Origin: Pseudobdellovibrionaceae bacterium | GTDB lineage: Bacteria > Bdellovibrionota > Bdellovibrionia > Bdellovibrionales > Bdellovibrionaceae | Length of the DNA: 11,995 nt | Assembly: GCA_039810425.1 (NCBI GenBank) | Contig: JBDHWW010000074.1 | Span: 1 to 11,995, forward strand | Reading direction: 5' to 3' | Shown: positions 1 to 7,780 of the stretch, piece after piece | Layout of the letters: the number at the start of each line of letters is the position of its first letter | How positions within the stretch are numbered: position 1 is the first letter of the stretch | Made by a program: the position numbers and the translations under genes | Notes under the pieces: generated by a model | Told to the model about the DNA's origin: nothing | Database searches by the model: none | What the model saw: the letters and a program-made list of their open reading frames with translations, nothing else

Positions 1-690
1 TTCTTTTCTCCCGACGGGACTCCGGAAAGAGCTTACTTCTTGATGGGTGTGAACGATGCCTTGGCTTTGTGGGAAGGGTTCTTGGGTGTCACCGGGACCC
101 CACTGCAATCCAACGCTAACTGGGCCTGGGCGAATCAGAATTTAAAGCCTACCATAGGCCTTTCACCATTGCATTTTTGGGGCCCGGGATTTGAGGCCTA
201 CGGTACTGACGACAGTATCAATCAAGGAAACGTCGGTGCTATTGAGTCTCTGTGGATGCATTACTACTTGTTGGGTATCCTCGGCATCGGTAAGGAAAAA
301 GGATTTTTGACGGGCGGGCTGTTCAGCTGGCTTTCAGTTCTCGTCAATAGCCAATTTGCCGACCCTCAGTATGACCCCCACCTTGGGGCCGCATATCATA
401 CGCCGGTCAAAAAGAAAGACGGCACGTACTTCCAGTCTTGGGCTGACATCCAACAAATGGGTTATACCCCAGCCCAAGTGAGTGACATCAAAGCCAGTTA
501 TGGCCAAAGTAATTACTATCCAACCCTCGAGGCTATGGCAGCGGCATACACAGCCAACGAGCCGGGCGGAGCTGCTGCATGGAGTTGGCTCAATACAAAT
601 GGACGGGCAAAAACAAACTATGCTGGTGAGGATTTGCCTTGGAACGTGACTCCTCGCTCAGGGGCTATGGCACCATTGCCGGGGCTTTAA
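1..690 (+). CDS. C-terminal part of a large uncharacterised protein (5' end lies upstream of the window); possibly an alpha/alpha-toroid protein of the PcRGLX/YetA-like type
   Basis: Frame +1 is open from base 1 (FFSPDGTPERAYFLMGV...) to TAA at 688-690, so the TTG at 40 is not the real start. Trp/Tyr-rich helical sequence with 'SLWMHYY..GILG..KEKGF' and a C-terminal 'GG..AW.WL...PWNVTPR'. The fold suggestion is recollection only. Confidence 0.75.
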   Translation, partial: FFSPDGTPERAYFLMGVNDALALWEGFLGVTGTPLQSNANWAWANQNLKPTIGLSPLHFWGPGFEAYGTDDSINQGNVGAIESLWMHYYLLGILGIGKEKGFLTGGLFSWLSVLVNSQFADPQYDPHLGAAYHTPVKKKDGTYFQSWADIQQMGYTPAQVSDIKASYGQSNYYPTLEAMAAAYTANEPGGAAAWSWLNTNGRAKTNYAGEDLPWNVTPRSGAMAPLPGL

Positions 691-717
691 CTTATACTCG
701 TGAACGTCGGAGGGTGA

Positions 718-1695
718 ATGAAGCAACATCTGTATTTACCAAATTCTGCGGGCCGAAAGGGGTTTACTCTTATCGGGGTGCTCTTGGCGGTGGGAGTGGT
801 TTCTTTGGTTGCCATGGGGATCTCCGTGGCTGTTACTAATGGTGTTGATGGCATGTCTCATATGCGAAATGTCGCCTTGGCAGAAGACGTCTCGGGATTG
901 GTCTCGGGACTGATGGGGGACCCCGATTATTGCCGGGCCCATTTTGGTGGGCAGACCATTGGTTCGACACTCCCATCGGTGATCGCTTCAAGCGTTGTGT
1001 TTAAAGAAATATCATCTGGCGGGACCCTCGGTGCCGGTGATATTATTAAACCCGGAACAAAATATCAGAATGTTCTTGAGGTTCAGTCTATCTCTTTAAA
1101 AGCTGAAAATGTGATTGGACCCCACCGCTATTTGGGCTCCTTGAACCTCACACTCAAGGGCAACACAGGGTACGGTCTATATTTTAACCGCAGCATTCCG
1201 TTGCAGATTGCGACCGACATGGCTGGTAAGATTACAGACTGTAGTCGGGCCGCCGAAGTCGTCCATGGCACCACCCAAGGGGTCTGGTCTGAAACCTGCG
1301 ATGATTTTGCCGCCAAAGGCTGGCCTGCCAAAGACTCTTGTTTGAAAGACGGACGCTGGCATAAGGTCTATTCCCATACCTCAACGGGAACGCCAACCTA
1401 TGGTTCCATGAGCGCCCTTATAAAGGATATTGATGAAGGTGCCGATGTTAAAGTTAGCATTCCGGCCGGCGGTTTTGTGGGGACGGCCGATGCGCATTCT
1501 GAGAGATGCGTAAGTACCATTCGAGACAACGGCATGCTCCTTTGCCTGGGTTCCGCCCGACTGGGCGTAACCGATTGGGTGACGCCGGTCTCGGATGCGA
1601 CAGGTGGGGTGGTTTACTACTCGACAGGGCGGCTGATCTATCATGCTCCCTCGACAGTCGTAAACGTCCCTTTGAATTGGCATGTTAAATTTTAA
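718..1695 (+). CDS. Type IV pilin/pseudopilin-like protein (prepilin N-terminal motif, Gly in place of Glu5) with an extra C-terminal domain
   Basis: GGAGG SD shortly before ATG 718. Basic leader then RKG|FTLIGVLLAVGVVSLVAMGISVAV (class III signal peptide and hydrophobic helix). 6 Cys. Pilin-like head ends near 'GKITDCS'; second domain starts near 'WHKVYSH'. Confidence 0.85.
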   Translation: MKQHLYLPNSAGRKGFTLIGVLLAVGVVSLVAMGISVAVTNGVDGMSHMRNVALAEDVSGLVSGLMGDPDYCRAHFGGQTIGSTLPSVIASSVVFKEISSGGTLGAGDIIKPGTKYQNVLEVQSISLKAENVIGPHRYLGSLNLTLKGNTGYGLYFNRSIPLQIATDMAGKITDCSRAAEVVHGTTQGVWSETCDDFAAKGWPAKDSCLKDGRWHKVYSHTSTGTPTYGSMSALIKDIDEGADVKVSIPAGGFVGTADAHSERCVSTIRDNGMLLCLGSARLGVTDWVTPVSDATGGVVYYSTGRLIYHAPSTVVNVPLNWHVKF

Positions 1696-1809
1696 GTCGG
1701 GGGCTACCGTATACTCAAAGGCTGTAACAACGTTGGTTGGGTTTAAAAAATAAGAGATCATTTTACTTAAGAGTTTTGCTGAAAAATGGACACGTTAAAG
1801 GAAAAGCAG

Positions 1810-4788
1810 ATGGTTCTTATAAACAAACAAATGAGTCGGGAAAATGGATTCACTATAACCGAAGTGTTGGTGGCACTGGGGCTGTCGGCTATTGTTATGT
1901 TGGGAATTATTTCCATGATGGATATTCTCAACAAGAACAATCTGCGCCAGGGGATGGTTCAAACCCGGGCGCAAATCATTTCAAAAATTCGTATTCAAGC
2001 ACTCAATTTTGATAATCTCAAAGCATCGGCGCTAGTGACCAAAACCTTAGGGGCCGCAGGGCTGGTGCCGGATATTGGAGCTCCGAACTCCATTGATCAT
2101 TTCGATATGCTGGCGAAGTGTATGCCCGAATACTCTGATGGAGCAGCCGTTGGTTGCGATAAAACGGTGATGGATGTCGCGAACCTCGGCAATCAATTTT
2201 ATTTAGCGGACAACCTTTCTCTGGATCCCACTCGAACCATTGCCGGTGAAGATGTGTTCTATAGAAGCAATGGCCAGCGCTGTAGTGCCGCAGATGCGGT
2301 TCAAGTCGACGCGTGTCCACTGTTGGCGCGTGTATGGTTTGAGCCTTATTGTCTTAATTTCGCGAAGACCTGCAATAAAGCGATGTCCATCGTTGTTAGA
2401 TACTCTGTCGGAAGTCGGGATGGAACAACGATTTCAAATCTTGCCAAGTTGGAAGGGGAAGTCTATGTCCCGGTCCAAAAAGGCATCCAACTCAGCCGCC
2501 TGCTGAATGAAAACGATGTTCCTATCCCGTCAAACTCATTTGGAATCTTCGCCGTTCAGAAGTACTACGGCGCAGAACCCGCGGCGGGTCTGCGCTTCGA
2601 GGCCATTATTAGTAACCCTACGGGGCTTGTTTCAATGAAATTGCAAAAAAGAGCCATCGTCGGGGTTGCCGCAAAGGATATTGGTGAAGATGTGATTCCG
2701 GCTGCCTTGGAAGCCGAAGTGTGGCAGGATGTGCCTACGCCGGGGAATGTGGCGTTGGGCCCTTGGGCCATCAGCTTGGCCAACGGACGTCCCAACCAGA
2801 TTTTCAATTTCGGGACCCAAGTGGATGTTGTGAGTAATTCACGCCCTGCGACCGCTTTCACGATCGGCACCAATGATCCGAATGATAGCACCTATCGGTG
2901 GACGAGGGATCCTGCCACGAGTGCTTTTATAGCTCCGACTTTCAAGTCGGGTATCTATCAATTCCGTGTCGTGGCTCAGGATGCCAACGGCTTATGGGCT
3001 GAGTCGACAAACTACTTCACGGTACGAATTGTCGGAAGACCGGAAGTCTTGTTTGTGAACCCAAGTTTTAATCAGCAACGAGACTGTGCGGCTGGAAGTT
3101 TTAACTATAATATTCTGATCGGGGATGATGAAAATATCACCGATAGTAACGTGACTCTGAATGGCACTGACTTGGGAAGCGCGCCAGTTGGCACCGATCA
3201 TAGTGCTTTTACGGTTCCCTTTGATTTAAGCCAACCTGCAGGGAGTTATTCCCTGGTACTGACCGCTAAGAACCGGTTTTCCGACACCCCCCTGGAGGCT
3301 TTTACTATTCCCAGTTTGAATGAAACCCGGGTGATTACTCTGAGTAACGTGCCTCCACAGTTTCAAAGTCTGACAAACAACCCCACCAAGATTCGTCTTA
3401 GCTCAACTGGACAAGTCACCGCCAGCTATGTGACGGGGAACTGTTGTGTTCAAACCCCGGCCGTGAATTGGACCTACCCTATATCACCGGCGTTTGGGGG
3501 CGTGGCCCTTTTGAGTGGCCCAGCTACCTCCGCGATGACTTGTAGTTCAGCGGGGAATACCAGAACTTGTACTTCCGTTATCACGGGGACGGGGGAAAAA
3601 GAGGGGCCTCCTGGTAATACGGCCGCGGATATTATGGCGACGTTGAGTTTTACCGGAGTGCAAGCGGATGCTTGTAAAATGCCATCGCCTTCTTTTTACT
3701 CTCAGTCGAAATATATTCCGGTAGTGAAAAATCCGACGATTTCGTTTTATCTGACGGAGTCCATATGGTTGACACTGCCGTTAGGAAGTGCAAAGGCCAT
3801 CACTCCGAGAGTCGTGGTGCGTGCGGACTTCGCGCCAGAAGAGAACATTGTTGTTCAGGTTGTAAAGGCGAGTGATTCGTCCGTCATTTGCGATGTGCAA
3901 TTCGATGGAAGCCCCACGCCGGGCGCCGCTATCGATAAGTTTTGTAATATTCCCCCCGCCTATTCGGGAGACTTGTTTTTACAAAAACATCCTGCCTACG
4001 CCGCAAAAATTCAATATGACAGTGATCCGGCGTTGAGCCCGAGTCCCTATAAGGCGCGCATCACCGGGAGTATTGTCCACCGGACCTGCAGCGCGAATGT
4101 CACAGATATTAGCGATCAGGCGCCGTTATACAGTGTAAGCATTGGTACGCCAATGGAGGATTCTCCTTGGGGATATACTTTAGATGGTTTAGGGAACAAG
4201 GTGCAAAATTCTAAAAATGATGCGGGAAAATGGACGGTCGGAGCAAATAAAAGAATACGCTGTTATGACGAGTGGACCGGTTTCATCAATCCAAATAATA
4301 AGCAGGATTACTATTCGGTTTATAAGTACAATACCGAAGATAAGAATCCTTATCAGTTGGCGCTCAATAGGAGCATTGGCGAGGGTTCCACGCCGTTGGC
4401 GTTTGCGAGCTTTATTTTCCCGGGGAATCCGCCTCTCATTATCGATATGAACTCCAAAAATATTCCGTATCTATATGCGGTCTATCCAGATGGGGTGCCC
4501 CCTACTAATATCGTTTGGCAGTACTCCGATAGTGGCGGTTCCGCAGGACAAACAATTCCACAGCCGATGCAGGATGTTACTTCGCAAGTCTGTGCTGGGG
4601 TGGGAACTTTGAGCAAGGTAAAGCTTTATAGAGCTCTGATGAATGTTCAAAGCAGTAGTGGAAATATTATTTTAAAAGCGGCCAACGGCGTTAGCGGTGG
4701 CGGGAACGGCATTCACTCTTACATCTTTATGTGTGAATACGGACGGTGGCATCCCTCCGGGGCGAATTCCGTCAATTGGATTGATTAG
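1810..4788 (+). CDS. Giant (~990 aa) type IV pilin-like protein: prepilin N-terminus, 6-Cys head domain, then several Ig-like/beta-sandwich domains; putative pilus-associated adhesin
   Basis: Canonical ENG|FTITEVLVALGLSAIVMLGII with Glu5 (codon 1861). AAGGA precedes ATG 1810; ATGs at 1786 and 1831 are alternatives. Ig-like strand signatures GIYQFRVVAQDANG and AGSYSLVLTAKN. 18 Cys. Confidence 0.85.
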   Translation: MVLINKQMSRENGFTITEVLVALGLSAIVMLGIISMMDILNKNNLRQGMVQTRAQIISKIRIQALNFDNLKASALVTKTLGAAGLVPDIGAPNSIDHFDMLAKCMPEYSDGAAVGCDKTVMDVANLGNQFYLADNLSLDPTRTIAGEDVFYRSNGQRCSAADAVQVDACPLLARVWFEPYCLNFAKTCNKAMSIVVRYSVGSRDGTTISNLAKLEGEVYVPVQKGIQLSRLLNENDVPIPSNSFGIFAVQKYYGAEPAAGLRFEAIISNPTGLVSMKLQKRAIVGVAAKDIGEDVIPAALEAEVWQDVPTPGNVALGPWAISLANGRPNQIFNFGTQVDVVSNSRPATAFTIGTNDPNDSTYRWTRDPATSAFIAPTFKSGIYQFRVVAQDANGLWAESTNYFTVRIVGRPEVLFVNPSFNQQRDCAAGSFNYNILIGDDENITDSNVTLNGTDLGSAPVGTDHSAFTVPFDLSQPAGSYSLVLTAKNRFSDTPLEAFTIPSLNETRVITLSNVPPQFQSLTNNPTKIRLSSTGQVTASYVTGNCCVQTPAVNWTYPISPAFGGVALLSGPATSAMTCSSAGNTRTCTSVITGTGEKEGPPGNTAADIMATLSFTGVQADACKMPSPSFYSQSKYIPVVKNPTISFYLTESIWLTLPLGSAKAITPRVVVRADFAPEENIVVQVVKASDSSVICDVQFDGSPTPGAAIDKFCNIPPAYSGDLFLQKHPAYAAKIQYDSDPALSPSPYKARITGSIVHRTCSANVTDISDQAPLYSVSIGTPMEDSPWGYTLDGLGNKVQNSKNDAGKWTVGANKRIRCYDEWTGFINPNNKQDYYSVYKYNTEDKNPYQLALNRSIGEGSTPLAFASFIFPGNPPLIIDMNSKNIPYLYAVYPDGVPPTNIVWQYSDSGGSAGQTIPQPMQDVTSQVCAGVGTLSKVKLYRALMNVQSSSGNIILKAANGVSGGGNGIHSYIFMCEYGRWHPSGANSVNWID

Positions 4789-4804
4789 GGAAGGAGGGTA
4801 CGTG

Positions 4805-5518
4805 GTGAAAGCAAGGGTCCCTCAGCCAAGATCTTCAATGAGCCTTTACGGCCGCCAAGGGTCCTCCTTGATCCTTATGGTCTTGACTATCGCGGTGGGG
4901 ATGTTTATCGGGCAAATGATAGTGATGGCCCGAGAGCTTGAGGTGCTCAAGGAAGCCAACGTTGCGGCCTCTCAAGAGACCCGGTTTCATTTGGTTTCAT
5001 TTCTAGATTCAGCGCTGGGGCAGGAAATGGCTTTACGTAATTCCAGATACAGTGTCAACGCCTTATTGCGGAGATGCCTGACAGGCGTGCCGACACCTTG
5101 TGATGAGCGTCAGTCCTACGACATGGTCCTGATCTCTCCGACTCCGCCAATGGTTTACCAGGGAGGGGCTTGGCCTGAATTACCGGCCGGGGTGCCGATG
5201 ATTGCCGGTGGTTTGGACTCGAACAAGCTGTTCTTTACGCCGACGGGCGGCCGCTGTTTTGATACGACACTGACGGCGCCAACGGAGGCTTGCCCACTGC
5301 AGGCCATCATTCAGTTCAAGCCGATTTGTGGAGGCACCTTGAGCTCGCCGGAGTTGACCGTGCCCGAAGGCGGGAATTGTTTAAAAGGAGCGACGGGTTT
5401 TGACATCACTATTGGAGTGGGTAAGCTTTTGGGGAATCAACTTGTTTACCATCAGAAAACAGATTCTGGCGGCGACGCCAAAATTTACAGATTCAGCGCA
5501 CTTATTTTAAAATACTAA
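4805..5518 (+). CDS. Pilin-like protein with PilX/GspK-style N-terminus (no Glu5) and a 6-Cys head domain
   Basis: AGGAGG at 4792-4797, 7 nt before GTG 4805 and just after the upstream stop at 4788. RQG|SSLILMVLTIAVGMFIG hydrophobic helix. Cys pattern matches the N-terminal domain of 1810-4788. Confidence 0.8.
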   Translation: MKARVPQPRSSMSLYGRQGSSLILMVLTIAVGMFIGQMIVMARELEVLKEANVAASQETRFHLVSFLDSALGQEMALRNSRYSVNALLRRCLTGVPTPCDERQSYDMVLISPTPPMVYQGGAWPELPAGVPMIAGGLDSNKLFFTPTGGRCFDTTLTAPTEACPLQAIIQFKPICGGTLSSPELTVPEGGNCLKGATGFDITIGVGKLLGNQLVYHQKTDSGGDAKIYRFSALILKY

Positions 5519-5539
5519 CGAAAATCCAGATGGGCAAAA

Positions 5540-5992
5540 ATGAAAAATCTTCTTCGAAAAACCTTTATCATTAATCCTCGCCTTCAGTACTTCATTCCGG
5601 CTTTTTTTGGTTTGACCGCGCTTTGTAATCTTATATTTTTTATTCTTCTTCATTCAATAGTTAAAACGAAAGTGCTCGAAGATGCAAAGTTACTGGATCC
5701 TGAGTCGCAACAGTTTTTAATCGAGTATTTAAAAGGTTTGATGGAGTCTTTTGCTTGGCATGTGATCATCTTTAATATCTTTGTCTTTTTGTTAACCTAC
5801 GGCTTAGGGGCCATTATGTTAAATAATATTGCCGGGCCTGTTTATGCCATTAAAAGACGCCTTGATGAGCTGGCGGCGGGAGTGGTTCCTCCAGCCCCGC
5901 TAAATCTTAGAAAAACTGATTTTTTTAAAGATGTGGCTGCATCCGTCAATCGGGTCGCAGATAAAATCGAAGCAGAGAAAAAAGACCACTGA
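5540..5992 (+). CDS. Small inner-membrane protein: two TM helices plus a C-terminal HAMP domain, no output domain
   Basis: N-terminal 'RKTFIINPRLQ', two long hydrophobic segments, then 'IAGPVYAIKRRLDELAAG...LNLRKTDFFKDVAASVN', a HAMP pattern (P-helix1, G connector, D/E-helix2-N). Confidence 0.8.
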   Translation: MKNLLRKTFIINPRLQYFIPAFFGLTALCNLIFFILLHSIVKTKVLEDAKLLDPESQQFLIEYLKGLMESFAWHVIIFNIFVFLLTYGLGAIMLNNIAGPVYAIKRRLDELAAGVVPPAPLNLRKTDFFKDVAASVNRVADKIEAEKKDH

Positions 5993-5997
5993 ATTTA

Positions 5998-6086
5998 AGC
6001 CCGCAGACGGTTTCGGGCTACGCTAAAATCATTTACCAAAAGCTTCACGTTTCGAATCGGGTGGAGTTGGTTCAAGAGGCCAACTC
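5998..6086. terminator. Two short hairpins between convergent genes (possible terminator region)
   Basis: AGCCCG(5998-6003)/CGGGCT(6014-6019) and GAGTTGG(6064-6070)/CCAACTC(6080-6086). Neither has a clean downstream U-tract. Confidence 0.3.
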
Positions 6087-6103
6087 AAAGATAAAAATTT
6101 AAT

Positions 6104-7018
6104 TTACGTCATCCGCAGCAGGATTTTACCATGAGTGTGGCCATTTTGATTGAGATCCTGGGCTCTCTTGACATCTTTCAGCGGGAGGATTTCACTCACG
6201 CGGGGCTTAAGAGTTTTGCTAGCCACGAGGATCGCAAATTCTGCAAGATCCTTTGCATTCGGAGTCATCACAAAGTTGACTCCGTGGGCGCCGAACTTGC
6301 TCGCCTCAGAATCTTTGTAGCTGCCGATGGTCGACAATGCGATTCCACGTTTTTTCATCAGCTGATATGAGCGCGAAAGTGTATCGCCGCCGACGAGGTC
6401 GATAACGATATCGATGTCCTTGGCGAACTCCTCGAAGCGCTTTGCTTTATAATCAATGATTTTTTTGACGCCCAATTTTTGCAAATACGGGATGTCGTCG
6501 GCCGCCGCTGTCGCGATGACATTGGCTTTCTTCCAAATGGCGATTTGACAGGCGAAAGAGCCCACGCCACCAGCGGCACCATGAATGAGCACGTTCTGAT
6601 CGGCTTTCACGTGGCCTTCTTGGATCAGGAGTTGCCATGCGGTCAGTCCCGCTGTAGGAATAGAGGCCGCCGTTTCATAATCCAATGACTTTGGAATCAA
6701 AGCGATTTTTTCTGGTGTCGCTGTTGCAAACTCGGCGTAAGAACCATGAGCGAAACCAAAGACACGGTCGCCTTTTTTAAAGCCACTGACTTTAGCGCCG
6801 ACGTCGATGACATCGCCAGAGAAGTCTTGGCCGAGAGTGAGCGGAAAGTGTGGAGTAGCTGGTTTCATGTAGCCTTCGCGGATTTTCCAGTCGATGGGGT
6901 TGATGCCGGCATCGTGAATTTTGACTAAGACTTCGTTCTTGCTGATTTGGGGCTGTTCTGAGTCCTCAATTTTAATTTCGTCAGAACCGCCATAAGAGTA
7001 AATTCGTGCGACTTTCAT
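6104..7018 (-). CDS. NADP-dependent oxidoreductase, MDR superfamily (zinc-independent, quinone oxidoreductase-like)
   Basis: Motifs GINPIDWKIREG, PLTLGQDFSG, Rossmann VLIHGAAGGVG and C-terminal GHTHGKILL; no zinc-ligand Cys cluster. GGAGG lies 6 nt before ATG at 7018, preferred over TTG 7030. Confidence 0.93.
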   Translation of the reverse strand: MKVARIYSYGGSDEIKIEDSEQPQISKNEVLVKIHDAGINPIDWKIREGYMKPATPHFPLTLGQDFSGDVIDVGAKVSGFKKGDRVFGFAHGSYAEFATATPEKIALIPKSLDYETAASIPTAGLTAWQLLIQEGHVKADQNVLIHGAAGGVGSFACQIAIWKKANVIATAAADDIPYLQKLGVKKIIDYKAKRFEEFAKDIDIVIDLVGGDTLSRSYQLMKKRGIALSTIGSYKDSEASKFGAHGVNFVMTPNAKDLAEFAILVASKTLKPRVSEILPLKDVKRAQDLNQNGHTHGKILLRMT

Positions 7019-7182
7019 AGATGCCTCCAAAGAAAAATTATTTCCAAGGCTAGCACTACCATAGAAGTTAGCAAGTAGGTGGCAGATGTAATTTAGCAGA
7101 CATCACGAGATGAGCATGTAAAAATCAAAACACATAACGTAGGCATCTAAATGGCCAAAGGCCATGACCTTACCGAGCGGAT

Positions 7183-7198
7183 AGATGATCAATCATCT
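7183..7198. promoter_or_regulatory. Perfect 7-2-7 palindrome, candidate transcription-factor site in the divergent intergenic region
   Basis: AGATGAT-CA-ATCATCT. A second palindrome, ATGGCC-AAA-GGCCAT, lies at 7151-7165. Confidence 0.3.
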
Positions 7199-7582
7199 TT
7201 AGGCAAGTGGATTACAAATGAAAGTACGAACTAAAAAAAACGTTACTAAATTTAATATAGGAGTTTTTATGATCAAAGTTAGCGCCATTTTTTAGAGCAG
7301 GTGATCCGCACCGGGGCCTCGCAGCTACTATTATCCCGGGCGTTTCGTTTTCTTCTTTCTCACCAGAAGCCCGCGCCCCTCTACACAGCTTGGGAAAATC
7401 ATAGAAGCCTAGATGACTCGCAAAAATTGGTCTCTTATGCCAAAGCGAATTGTCAGCGTGGACTGGAATACGATGAAACTTGAGAAGATTGGAAGGAAAG
7501 TCATCGTAAGACTTCAGCCAGCTGTTCTTGAGTTTTGTCAATGCGACCGGGCTTTCTCACCCATATAGTTTCGCCGGTCCCC

Positions 7583-7618
7583 TCACTCGGAGTTAACTTA
7601 CTCTGAGTGAAGATTTTT
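7583..7618 (+). terminator. Stem-loop followed by a T-rich tract, candidate intrinsic terminator
   Basis: TCACTCGGAGT-TAACTT-ACTCTGAGTGA (11-bp stem with one G-U), then AGATTTTTGTCGTTTTT. Confidence 0.45.
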
Positions 7619-7780
7619 GTCGTTTTTACATGGGTTGACGCTCAATGCCCTGGATTTTATCCCCTATAACCCACCTATTACAGAATGCGTCGCTAAATGA
7701 ATCTGGTGGATGAAGTCGCCGCGATCCGGTAGTCTCACGCCGTTTTAACTTTAAAATTTTATAGTTTGAGAGGAGGCTTC

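Noticed and set aside
639..4450. Short alternative-frame and antisense ORFs inside the pilin genes (e.g. 639-839, 1381-1761, 1737-2012, 2018-2320, 2565-2891, 4217-4450)
   Set aside because: Shadows of long, motif-bearing CDSs; no recognisable motifs.
4697..4804. Longer start for the third pilin-like gene (273 aa in the ORF track)
   Set aside because: It overlaps the upstream CDS by 92 nt; a strong AGGAGG points to GTG 4805 and gives a normal prepilin leader.
7212..7541. 109-aa minus-strand ORF in the intergenic region
   Set aside because: TTG start, no convincing SD and no recognisable motif; not supportable as a gene.
7635..7670. Sigma70 promoter TTGACG...TATAAC for the lipoprotein
   Set aside because: The spacer is 24 nt; at 17 nt the -10 would be TATCCC, a poor match.
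7620..7760. Riboswitch (e.g. c-di-GMP) in the lipoprotein leader
   Set aside because: Some pairing potential (TGGGTT/AACCCA) but no conserved aptamer motif recognised; an Rfam/Infernal scan would be needed.
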